Shown: positions 1 through 9,967 of the stretch, in pieces
Numbering within the stretch: position 1 is the stretch's first letter
Layout of the letters: each line of letters begins with the position of its first letter
Assembly (NCBI GenBank): GCA_965243135.1
Contig: OZ251539.1
Span: 5,920,001 to 5,984,000 of the forward strand
From: Alphaproteobacteria bacterium
GTDB taxonomy: Bacteria; Pseudomonadota; Alphaproteobacteria; MPNO01; UBA830
Direction of reading: 5' to 3'
DNA: 64,000 nt
Position numbers and translations under genes: made by a program
The notes under the pieces: model-generated
Databases searched by the model: none
The model's input: the letters and a program-made list of their open reading frames with translations, nothing else
What the model was told of the DNA's origin: nothing

Positions 1-513
1 CGGCGTGCGTCCGTGCGACGGCGACCCGGGCTGCCGCCCCCGACGCCGCCGGGCCTCTCGTTCCGCGCCGCCCTTCCGCGAACGGCGGGTGCGCTCGCTC
101 TTGCGACCGAACTTGTCCCGAACAAGCTTGCGGTTGCGCGCCTTCAGGCGGGCGTTCTCGCGTTCGGTCTCGTCGAGTCGCTTCTTCGTCTTCGCAAGCT
201 CGTGCCGAAGGCGGCCCGCTTCCCGCTTGAGCTCGTTCACCGAAGAGACGGACTTCAGGCGTTTCAGCTCGTTGCGCGCCGCCTCTGCGCGCGCCCGCGA
301 CCGGCGGTGCTGCGTTTTCCAGAACGTCGCCTGCTGACGAGCGCTTACCTCCTTCCAGCGCGACGCCTCCGCTTCCTGGCGCGACGCCTCCGCTTCCTGG
401 CGCGACGCCTCCGCTTCCTGGCGCGACGCCTCCGCTTCCTGGCGCGCCTCGTCCCGCTGCCGAATCGCCTCGTCCCGCTGCCGAATCGCCTCGTCCCGCT
501 GCCCGAGGGTCAT
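1..513 (-). CDS. IS66-family transposase, N-terminal part (partial; start approximate)
   Basis: Minus-strand frame reads coiled coil then KFGRKSER...RRGRQPGSPSHGRTP, homologous to the IS66 N-termini at ~33.3 kb and ~36.4 kb. Confidence 0.75.
   Translation of the reverse strand, partial: MTLGQRDEAIRQRDEAIRQRDEARQEAEASRQEAEASRQEAEASRQEAEASRWKEVSARQQATFWKTQHRRSRARAEAARNELKRLKSVSSVNELKREAGRLRHELAKTKKRLDETERENARLKARNRKLVRDKFGRKSERTRRSRKGGAEREARRRRGRQPGSPSHGRTP
358..503. repeat. Two adjacent 21-bp tandem repeats (4x GCGCGACGCCTCCGCTTCCTG; ~2.8x CGCCTCGTCCCGCTGCCGAAT)
   Basis: Directly visible; encode heptads QEAEASR and IRQRDEA on the minus strand. Confidence 0.95.
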
Positions 514-1050
514 TGCCAGCAGCAAGACCCACTGTCGGTCGGTCGCTTCGAAGCAAAAATCTGGTGTCGCCAACTCCATAAAGGCGATATACAGGGGTCA
601 GCGAATCGTTTCCAGTCCCCGGGGCAAATTTTTTTCGTCCCCCGGGTAGCGAACGCTTACCGTATCGTTTCTCTTTCATGGCGCTCCAATCCACTGATAT
701 TGCGCCGGTTTTTCAGATTTATGCATATGTACAGGACATATGGGGCTCAACCTTTCCTTTCCGGCGCTTCGAAGGTCCTGCAGGCCGCTTCGGTATCCTT
801 TCCGAGGCCGTTATGTATGTGGCGAATGCGGACCGTGAAACGACGACAGCGCGCCGTGACCGACAGCGAGCGGGACGAGTTGAAGCGACGAGCGTGCCGG
901 GGTCTCGCGCTTCGTCTTCGAGCGGCTGATGACCGAGCCGCCGGCCGCCTTGGAGCGGGCGGGCGTTAGCGGTTCTCTGCGAAGCGGAGAAAGCGCGCAT
1001 GTCCGAAGAGGTCTGGCTGGGTCTGCGGCGCACGCCGCTCCGTCACCCGG

Positions 1051-1408
1051 TCATAGCTCCGGGTCATGAGAAGCCCCGTCTCGACGAAGCGCAGCCAGCA
1101 TCGCCTCGTCGTGCGCCTTCACGACCCGCGACCGCTTGCTGGCGTAGACCAGACCTTCCGGCGACGCCGACTTCGGCGCCGAAAAGGTCACGGCCACCCC
1201 GGGCAGCTGCTCGTGCCTGCTGTCGCGCAGCCGTCCCAGCCGCCGACCGGTCCCCAACTCGGCAGCACCTGTGCAAACGCTTCGGCCGGACCGGGCCGCG
1301 CAACCTCAGAGCCGCCGCGCCGTCTCCTCCCGGATGTCCGCCGCGGACGCCGCGCTCCCTCGCCGAACGCAGTTCTTCGACCGCCCGACGGAGTTCCGCC
1401 GCTGGCAT
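1051..1408 (-). pseudogene. TrwC/MOB-F relaxase fragment
   Basis: Motif PGVAVTFSAPKSAS...AHDEAMLAAL resembles the TrwC DLTFSAPKSVS...AH motif; frameshifted. Confidence 0.65.
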
Positions 1409-1864
1409 CTCGGATTGTGAAGGAACGGCTTGCGGTGCCTGGCCGGTGCCAGCTCTCCAGCCAAAGCTCCCACCTTAAATCCTTCCCGCCGCGTCCCGGC
1501 CCCTGCGTCGCCGCAACCGTTGCCCGCTTCAGCTCCGCGCTTGCTCCCGTAGCAGACCCGGAAAACGGGCAACCGAGGGGGCGCGGCCGCCGACCGAAAA
1601 TTCCGTCGGCGTTCCTCCCCCTCGTCCGGGGTCGTCAGGCAAAACTTTGAAATCGCCGGAGTCGCCCGAAAACCGGAAACGGGTTGGCGACGGGATCGTC
1701 AGTCAAGATAGTCGTCTCTTGGTCGTAGAAATGAAGCATGTCGGCAAGCTCGTTCACGTCACCGCCATGACTGCCCGCATGAAACGCCGGGAAAATTCTG
1801 AATCCAGAAGGATTTCGTGGACACACCAGTTACGACAAGAAACCTTTCGAAAAATCGTGTTTTG

Positions 1865-2503
1865 CTATCTGTTTTTCAATGAAATTTGAACGCAAAACAC
1901 TCCCCAATGCAACACCGCATCATCCATTTCTTCTGACGAAATACGACGATACTTACATTTCACAACTGCTTCCTTTTCAAATCGTCCCCTAATCATAGTT
2001 TCGATGTTCTTTCTCTTTCGTTCGGCTTTCCGCCTCGCCGATGTCTTGTCTTTTGCCTTTCCCGAAACAAGCACAGCAAGGAAACCTCGACGAAGGGCCC
2101 CATTCTGGTGAAAACCGAAGTTGCTTATCGCCTCCCATATTCTGTCCAAATCTTCCATGCAAGTCTTTTTATTCCATTCTCGTTTTACCTCGATAACGCA
2201 AACTGGTTGATCCTTGGAATTGAAAAGCGCGATGTCCGTCCGTTTGCCGCCCCTGATTGCGCCTGGAAGACGGCCTCGTGTCTGTGCGCCAGACCAATCC
2301 CTGATCCAATTGAAGTGCACCTCCAAAAGAAGGCTTTCGTTTTCATTCTGGAGGCGATTTAATGCATCTCCTATTTCGCAGACTATGAGGCTCTCTACTC
2401 CGGAATCCAACAGCGACCAACCGTCTGTCCATTTCTCGTATTTCCTATTGGCGTTGCGAGTTCCTTTAAAAATCGCCGAAACGATCTGCTTCTCAGTCGG
2501 CAT
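1865..2503 (-). CDS. PD-(D/E)XK restriction-endonuclease-like protein
   Basis: 212-aa AT-rich ORF with GGAGGA RBS; motif RTDIALF...VCVIEVKR. Confidence 0.6.
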   Translation of the reverse strand: MPTEKQIVSAIFKGTRNANRKYEKWTDGWSLLDSGVESLIVCEIGDALNRLQNENESLLLEVHFNWIRDWSGAQTRGRLPGAIRGGKRTDIALFNSKDQPVCVIEVKREWNKKTCMEDLDRIWEAISNFGFHQNGALRRGFLAVLVSGKAKDKTSARRKAERKRKNIETMIRGRFEKEAVVKCKYRRISSEEMDDAVLHWGVFCVQISLKNR

Positions 2504-3551
2504 GATATTCCTCCCATGGTCGCTCTCTCGGTATTCTAAAAGCGTGCGCGGCGTCTATTAACATGCAATGTAAAAGAGCATCTTTCATCCCGTCTGTCAA
2601 CACTCGGAGGTCCCGTGAGGTTTGGAATGCAACACGCATGGCGGCTGAGCGGCCGTTTGCATGTTGCGGAGAGGCCAGGCGCGGCGGAGGTCAAAACGGA
2701 GACTTGCGGCCACTTGGCCAGCGACGGACGTCGCCTGATCCACACGCTGCGCAGCGAACGCCGGGGCGGTTCGTCCGCGACCGCACGACGGCGAATCGGC
2801 TGGCAACGCGGACGAGCGTGGATTCAAGCAGGCCGGCCGGCGGGCAACCGCCCGCCACCTGCACAGCACCGTCGAGGCGTTGGCGCTACTTTGCACGACA
2901 TATCCGCTACACGCCCATTTCTCCGGCACTTTCCAGAAGTGCGGAAAGCACGTCCCCGATCCGTTCGGCGGCCGCTTTTTGCGAAAAAAAGCTCGCGGCA
3001 GCGCCAGTCGCTTTGTCGCGAAGAGCGCCGACCTTGGCGACGCCCTTGACGCCGTCGCGCAGGACAACTCGGCACTTGTCGTCGGTTGGGACGATCGGAC
3101 ACTTCGCATTCGCGCGCGAAGTCGATCGCCCGTTCGTCTGGCCGGAACTTCGCGTCCAATTGTCGGGGGCGGCAACCAACTGCAGGTCGGGCCGCACTTC
3201 CGAACGTGAGCGACATCGGCGGTGAGCCGCCGTCACCTTGCAGGCTTCCGGCGCAAGACTCAACGTTCTCTGCCGTCCGCGTTATGGAAGCTGACGGTCC
3301 CGCGGACGCCCGACACGCTTCCTTGTCGCTGTCGGAGCGAAGCGGAACCCCGTCGAGCGAGACGGTGCAGGAAGCCGCCTGTTTCCGCCTCGCGGGCCGC
3401 CCTGTCTTTCTCGTTCCAGTGCTTGCCCGCCTTTGTCGACAGACGCGCAACTGGACGGGCCTCCCGGCTCCGTCCGTCGGCGTGCAGTGGCGCAGGAGCA
3501 TCGCTGCGAGGCGCCGGACCCGTGAGGTAGCCCAAGCTTTCGGCATCCACG

Positions 3552-4671
3552 CTACGCTGATGGTTCTTCCACGCCGTGCAGAAGTGAGGATATGGCGGTT
3601 CCGATCCGTTCGGCCGCGGCCTCCACCTCCCTGTCCGCGACATGCGCGTATCGAAGCGTCATCCGGACGTCCCGGTGGCCGAGCAGGCGCGCCACCACCG
3701 GCAGCGGAACGCCCTGCATAACCGCATGGCTGGCGAACGTATGCCGCAGATCGTGCAGGCGGACATCCTCCAGATCGGCCCGCTTCCTCGCTTCGTACCA
3801 GAGCCTGAGGTAATCGTCCGCCGGTCGCGCCGGGTCCGACGCCGACGGAAAGACATACGGGCTCTCCGTTTGCGGCTGGCGTTCGACGATGGCCCGGGCC
3901 TGCGCGTTCAGAAAGACCTTTCTCGGCCCCGTCTTGCCGTCCGCCAGGACGGCTCCGTCCACCTCCCGCCATTGCAGACGCACGATTTCGTTCTTCCGGC
4001 AGCCGGTCGCGAGCAACAGGCGGACGATGTCCGCCTGCCGCCTGCGGGACGGTCTCGCGGACGGCGGCGCGCACCTGTCCAGTTCCTCGCGCAGCCGGTG
4101 GATTTCCTCCCGCGACAGAAAGCGGGTGAGTTTCGGGCGCGGGTTTCTCCTGACGCCCGTTGCCGGATTCTTCTCGATCAGACCGGTCGCGACCGCGCGG
4201 TTCAGGATTTGCTTGAACACCTTCAAGGTCACGTTGGCGCCGCCGGGCGACGTCTTGCTGTACCGATCGAACCACCGGTTGACTTCGACCGCGGCGGTCG
4301 AGCGGCAGCGTACCGAAGGCCGGCAGCAACTGCCCGTTCAGCGCGCTTTCGATCCCCCGACGCGAAGCCCGCTTGTATCGCTCCCAACAGGCTTCTTTCC
4401 ACGGACCCGCGACGAACTCCGCGAACGTGGGAACCTTCCCGCTCGGCTCCTTGACTGCGAGGCCGACGCATTCGCGGCGCGCCTCGTCGGTGCTTTTCAG
4501 CGCCGCCGGACCGAGCGACGCCTTCCGTCCGCCGCGAAGGTATATGTAACTGCGATGTCCCGACGGCCGGACACGGACGCCGAGGCCCGCGATGCGCTCG
4601 TCCCAGACCGTGTATTCGCGCTTGCGGGGCCGGAGCGCGGCGACCCGGGCGTCGGTCAGCCGGATTCTCAT
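3552..4671 (-). pseudogene. Tyrosine integrase with arm-DNA-binding N-terminus (frameshifted)
   Basis: N-term RLTDARVAAL..VWDERIAGLGVRVRPSG; catalytic TGCRKNEI, HDLRHTFAS, LLGH, RYAH. Confidence 0.85.
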
Positions 4672-4674
4672 GCC

Positions 4675-5749
4675 TCAGCCCTCCAGCGCCGCGCCGACCG
4701 CCTCGACCGCTTCGCGGACCGTCCCGTCGGCCGCATGCGCGTATTTGAGGGTCGTTTCCGGCCTGCTGTGACCGAGCAGCCGGCCGATGGTCAGCACGGT
4801 CTCGCCGTGCCTAAGCGCCATGCTCGCGTAGGTATGGCGGAGGTCGTGCAGCCGGACGTCGCCAAGGTCCGCCTCGATTCTCGCAGGCCGCCAGAAACTG
4901 TCCAGCGAACTTTTGGCCAGGGGACCGGACGCAGAGGGGAAGATCCACTTGCCTCGCCGCTCCAGCCCGTCCAGGACGTGACGGGCGGCCGACGACAGCC
5001 ACACGGTTCGCGGCCCCGTCTTGCCGTCCGCAAGGAACAGCTTGCCCTCGCGATAATCGATCCATCGCAGCGTCAGGATCTCGCTCTTGCGGCAGCCGGT
5101 CAGCAACAGCAGGCGGACGACCGCGACGCGCCGGTCGGGCTCGCGGCCCGCCAGAACCGCCTCGAGACGGCGGATCTCCGGAACCGTCAGGAACCGTTCG
5201 CGCCCTCGCCGGCGGTAGCGTCGGATGCCCTTGCACGGGTTGCTGTCCTCCGGCCGGTAACCGTAGACCTCCGCCTGCCGCATGATGACCGACAGAATCG
5301 GCGCCGATCGGTCCGCCGCCGCGGGCGTCGCGTGCAGCGAAGCGAACCAGCGCTGGACGTCCTGCCGCGTTATCCTGGCGGCGTCCTTCGAACCATGGCA
5401 GGATCTGGTTCTTGTAATAGCCGCGGTTGACCTCGAGCGTGCGCGGTTTCCAGTGCCGCCCGTAACGCTCGAACACTTCTTCCGCGACCGCTTCGAACGA
5501 CGACAACGCGCCGCCCGTCCCGCCGCGGGCCAGAACGGCCTTCGCCCGCGTGCGGGCTTCTTCCGCGGCGATGTCCTTGCCGACGATCTTCCAGACGCGC
5601 CTGCCGTCTCGCTGGGTGTGAACGAAGTATCGCTTCCCGCCGGACGGAAGGACTCTGACGCCGAACCCCTTGAGCTCGCCATCGCGGACGTCGTAGGCGG
5701 CCTCGCGCGGCTCGAGAGCGTCGACTCTGCGCTGGTTGAGACGAACCAT
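4675..5749 (-). pseudogene. Second tyrosine integrase with arm-DNA-binding N-terminus (frameshifted)
   Basis: N-term VRLNQRRVDAL..DGELKGFGVRVLPSG; catalytic TGCRKSEI, HDLRHTYAS, LLGH, KYAH; frame break near 5390. Confidence 0.85.
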
Positions 5750-5864
5750 GCTTCTTCCCCCGAAATCGTTGCAGACGGGGAACGAAGCAGGCGCTGCGGC
5801 CGTCCCCGCCGACTGGTTTCGCGAAAAAGAAACGCGCTATATCAAAGGGTTAAAGCGCCAAAGC

Positions 5865-7770
5865 ACCGAAGGTGCGCCGCCTGGTGTGGAACACGATGCT
5901 GGAGGAGGAGCATCCACGCGGCGCCGGTCCGCTGGTGGGCTGTCAGTTACGGTGTGGGGTCGGCGCATGGCTGGCTGGGGGCTGTCGGGTTCGCGGCGTC
6001 GGCGCACAGGCTCGAATGCCGCGACCGTAGGCTGGAGCGACGCAGGAAGGCGCGCTTGTTTGCACCGGGTCGTGTGCCTGTCGCGTTTTCTGGTCCGTCC
6101 CGGCGTCGAGTGTCGTAGCCTCGCATGTCTTGGGCGGCGTGGTCCGCAGGGTGGGAGACGATTTCGAGGCGCGCTACGGCTACCGCCCGTATTTGCTGGA
6201 GACCTTCGTAGATCGGCATGCGGGAACGAGCTTTCAGGCGTCCAACTGGCGTGGCGAGACAGCCGGCCGGGGGCGACAGGGCCATGCGGCAACGGAGACG
6301 CCGAAGGCATGTGTACGAGGCGGACTGGCGGGTGCGCATCCCGGAGCCGCGTGCGCCGCTTGCGCCGTTGGAGGTCGGATCCGGTCTGGATCGGGAGAGT
6401 TGGGCGGAACAGGAGTTCGGCGGTGCGCCGCTGGGGGATGCGCGTCTGAGCGCGCGTCTGGTGACTTGTGCCCGATACCAAGCGGAAGCGCCGACGCAGG
6501 CGTTCACATGCGCTGCGAGGGGGGCCTTGATAAAGGCATACTACCGTCTGATCGACAAGCCGGACGGTGATGCGGTGACGGTGGAGAACATCCTGCAGCC
6601 GCATCGGCGGCAGACGCTGCGGGCAGGGGGAGAAGACGGTGCTGTGCGTGCAGGACGGCAGCACGCTGAACTTCGCGAAGCGGGGGAAGACCGAGGGTTT
6701 GGGAATCATCGGTCGGAACCAGACCGGCGCCGGTACCCGAGGCCTGAACCTGCACGCCACGGTCGCAGTGAACACGGAGGGGTTGCCGCTGGGGATTCTG
6801 CGGGCGGCGTGCGCCGCAGCCGGGCGCGGAGAAGAACAAGCCTCGCGAAAAGAAAAAGTCGTACCGTTGGATCCAGGGCCTTCAGGATAGCGCCGAGGCT
6901 GCTTCTGCACTCGATGGCGTTCAGGTGGTCGGCGTCCCGGGAGGCGGACTTCGTCGATCTGTTCGTTGAGCGGCGTGAGCGGACGCCGGGAGTGGAACTC
7001 CTAGTGCGGGCGAAGACGAACCGGGTTCTCGGCGAGGACGACACCGACAAGCTGTTCGACAAGGTGCGGAAAAGCCCAGCGCAGGGCAAGCGAGTTATCG
7101 AGGTCAAGCGTCTGAGCGCGCGCATAAAGGCAAGCAAGCAGGCCGCGAGGGCCGTGCGGCCGGAGCGCCAGGCCACGGTCGAACTGCGCTACCTCAAGGT
7201 CGAGCTGCCGGCGAAGGGCAAGGAGCCCGTTGAGGCGACGATCATGCATGTCCGCGAGAAAGCTCCCCCGCGCCGAACGGCTGGAATGGTTCTTGTTGAC
7301 GACGCTGCCGGTCGAGAGCGCCGCGGACGCCGAACGCATCCTGACCTGGTATGGTTTGCGCTGGCGCATCGAAGATTATTTCAGGGTTCTGAAGTCCGGC
7401 TGCCGAGGAACTCAAGAACCGGACTGCCGAACGTCTTCAGCGCGCCGCCGCCATCAACATCGTCATCGCCTGGCGCATCCGGACCCGTCTCGGACGGGAA
7501 CTGCCCGACCTGCCGCCCGAGATCCTGTTCTCGGACGTCGAACTCCGGGTGCTGGCGCTCCTCGCCTTGGCGCATGGCACCGCCGAAAAGCCTCGGAGAC
7601 GCTGTCTTCCTGGTCGCCCGCCTCGGAGGGTACTTCAGGCGCAAGCGTGATCCGCCAGGCGCGGAAGTGATGTGGAACGGCTACGCCCAACTCGCCGCCA
7701 AGGCGCATTTCCGGGAGCTTGAGGATGAATACGGATGTTAGTTCAGCAAATCTTTATGGGGCACAGGCAG
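5865..7770 (+). mobile_element. Decayed IS4-family (IS50/Tn5-like) element with DUF4338 N-terminal module
   Basis: Fragments RYGYRPYLLETFVD..SFQASNW (DUF4338), WAEQEFGGAPLGDARL, VQDGSTLNF, YGLRWRIEDYFRVLKSGC; right end TGGGGCACAGGCAG matches the copy at 30558-32881; left end lost. Confidence 0.85.
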
Positions 7771-7809
7771 CACTAGGTACGGGCGCGGCGGCGAGCCCAA
7801 AACGGGTTT

Positions 7810-8625
7810 CTACCGCAGCCGGGGTATCGAAGTCGTCGCGGGCTTGGCGAATCCCCTGTCGAGCAGCCGCGCGACATGGTGGTTGCGCCGCTTGACGGTC
7901 TTGCCGCCGAAAACCACCGCGATTAGCCTTCTGTTGCCGCGTTTGGCGGAAGCGACGAGACTATACCCTGAAGCCCGTATGTAGCCGGTCTTGATGCCGT
8001 CCAGCCCCTCATAGGAGGACAATAGGCGATTGTGGTTGCGGTACGTGCGGCCGCGCCATTTCCAGTTTCGGCGCGAGAACTCCCGGTACCTCTCCGGAAA
8101 CCGCTTCAGCAATGCGCGGGCGAGGATCGACATGTCTCTCGCCGTGCTGAGTTGCCGACGGTTGGGAAGTCCGGAGGCGTTCCTGAACGTTGTGTTGCGC
8201 ATGCCGATCTGGCGCGCACGCTTGGTCATGAGCACTGCGAACTTCCGTTCCGTTCCGCCTATGGCTTCGGCAAGGACAGTCGCGACGTCGTTCGCGGACT
8301 TCGTCACCAAGGCGGCGATCGCATCCCGCACCGTGATCTTCTCGCCGTGCTGAAGCCCCAGCCTGGGCGGGGAACGTCCTGCCGCAATCCGTGATACGGG
8401 CAGTTTCTGTTTCATGCCGAGCTTGCCGGCGCGCAGGGCTTCGAAAGTCATGAATAGCGTCATGATCTTCGTGAGGGATGCAGGGTACTTCTTCGTATCG
8501 GCATTCGCCGCATGAAGAACGCGGCCTGTACCGGCCTCGACCACGATGGACGCGTATTTCGCAACCGCTGGCGGCGCAGCGGCAACGGCCATCGCGAGAC
8601 TCGCCACGAACAACAATCGAAGCAT
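7810..8625 (-). CDS. D-alanyl-D-alanine carboxypeptidase (peptidase S11)
   Basis: Signal peptide; SxxK (PASLTK), SxN (KSAND) and KTG motifs. Confidence 0.9.
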   Translation of the reverse strand: MLRLLFVASLAMAVAAAPPAVAKYASIVVEAGTGRVLHAANADTKKYPASLTKIMTLFMTFEALRAGKLGMKQKLPVSRIAAGRSPPRLGLQHGEKITVRDAIAALVTKSANDVATVLAEAIGGTERKFAVLMTKRARQIGMRNTTFRNASGLPNRRQLSTARDMSILARALLKRFPERYREFSRRNWKWRGRTYRNHNRLLSSYEGLDGIKTGYIRASGYSLVASAKRGNRRLIAVVFGGKTVKRRNHHVARLLDRGFAKPATTSIPRLR

Positions 8626-8714
8626 AGCATTCTCCCGTAGAGGCCGCTCGGCAGTTTCGGCGGCCCTTTCAGTGGATATCCTTACCTAATCCAGTGCTTC
8701 ATTATAATGCAATC

Positions 8715-9127
8715 ATAAGCGTTCGCTACCCGGAGGACGAAAAAATTTTGTCTGGGGACTGGACACGGAATTTTGATCCTTCGCCCGTAAGCGTTCGGTC
8801 GTGGAGTGACGAAGCGCCTGTCCGGCTTGGCGAACCACCGAGCCGAACACTATTTTTTGCTCCTGTATACGACAGGCATGGCGAGCGAACATGCATCTTC
8901 TCGGGACCAGGTTGGCGGGCGGGCAGCCAAGTCTGGTTGCGACACTCCGAGAGAATGCGGTTCTCCGTTTGGCGCTGGTGAGCGCGGTTCACGAAGCGGA
9001 GAAGTTTCGTTGCGACGCGAAGAAATGGCGGGGAGCTTTCCTTCGGGCGCTGGCCCTGAAAAAGAGACGCGAGGCACCGCCCCGAGAGGCGGCAGAGAAC
9101 GAGGGTCTGAAGTCCCGCAGCCGCAGA
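8715..9127 (+). mobile_element. Two stacked IS66 ends plus transposase N-terminal remnant
   Basis: xTAAGCGTTCGCTACCCGG at 8715 and GTAAGCGTTCGGTCGTGG at 8787; remnant ENEGLKSRSRR matches the transposase at ~36.5 kb. Confidence 0.7.
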
Positions 9128-9760
9128 GTCAGCGTTCGCTGCCCGGGGGATGATCAGCGATTGAGAACCTCCTTCCAGTCCCGTTGCAGGGGTTTCAGCA
9201 TCCTTGACCGGTAGCGCATATTCGTTCTTTGCTTTGCCGCGGCCTTGTGTTTTGCCGACCCGGGTTGGCTGCGTGGCAGCAGGCGCCCGCGGACGGGGGC
9301 TGAAGGTCTCAAGCAGTGCGGGATGCAGGGCGTAGCGGCGTTTCCAGTCGTCAAGCCGCTCGGCCTGCGCGAGGGGATGCGAGATGTTTGATTCTGACCC
9401 GAGGCAGTAACCTTGCGTTGTTGACGACGAAAGGCTGGCTGGCGTCGCACCGATGAACTCGTCCCGCGGCGCGGTCTTCCACGCAACGACGCCGAGCGCG
9501 GTTGGCGGTTCGCCCTCTGCGGAGCGGATAGAGCGCTGTGCTTCGGGCATAGGCATAAAGCCGAGGCAGTACTGCCGTGTCGGCGTCTCGCCGGTGCCGT
9601 GCGCCGAAGCGCCGTAGCTGCGTAACGATCTCGTCCCGTTGTCGCTGAAGCACGTCGGACATGCGGGATTCTCTCTTGGGAGACGAAGAGGCCGGGTGCG
9701 CGGAGCTGAAGGACGAGCGCGTCGCAGGGAAATGCGCCGCCGCCCGCTGCTTCGCGCATG
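9128..9760 (-). pseudogene. DUF4338 (DruA-like) remnant at an IS66 end
   Basis: IS66-like end at 9128; fragments AWKTAPRDEFIG, VVNNARLLP, RYALHPALLETF, GKTQGRGK, LKPLQRDWKEVLNR. Confidence 0.75.
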
Positions 9761-9967
9761 ACCGTTCCTCCTGAGCCTGACGCGTTCCGTTCCGAAAACC
9801 AAGTCCATATCCTCGATGGCTGGCATCTCACCTGCGAAGAGGGACGCTGCATGCCTCGTGACGGACGACTGCCTACGGGGGGGCGCCGACAAAGGCGAAA
9901 ATTGACCGCATGCGCGCCAGCGTGCACCTTTCCTGCGCCGCAAACCAAAACGTCCGGAGTCTCCAGC

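Larger units (their letters stand above)
1..660 (-). mobile_element. IS66-family element, left end (continues past window start)
   Basis: Terminal repeat GTAAGCGTTCGCTACCCGG on the minus strand ending at 660, followed by an IS66-type transposase N-terminus. Confidence 0.75.
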
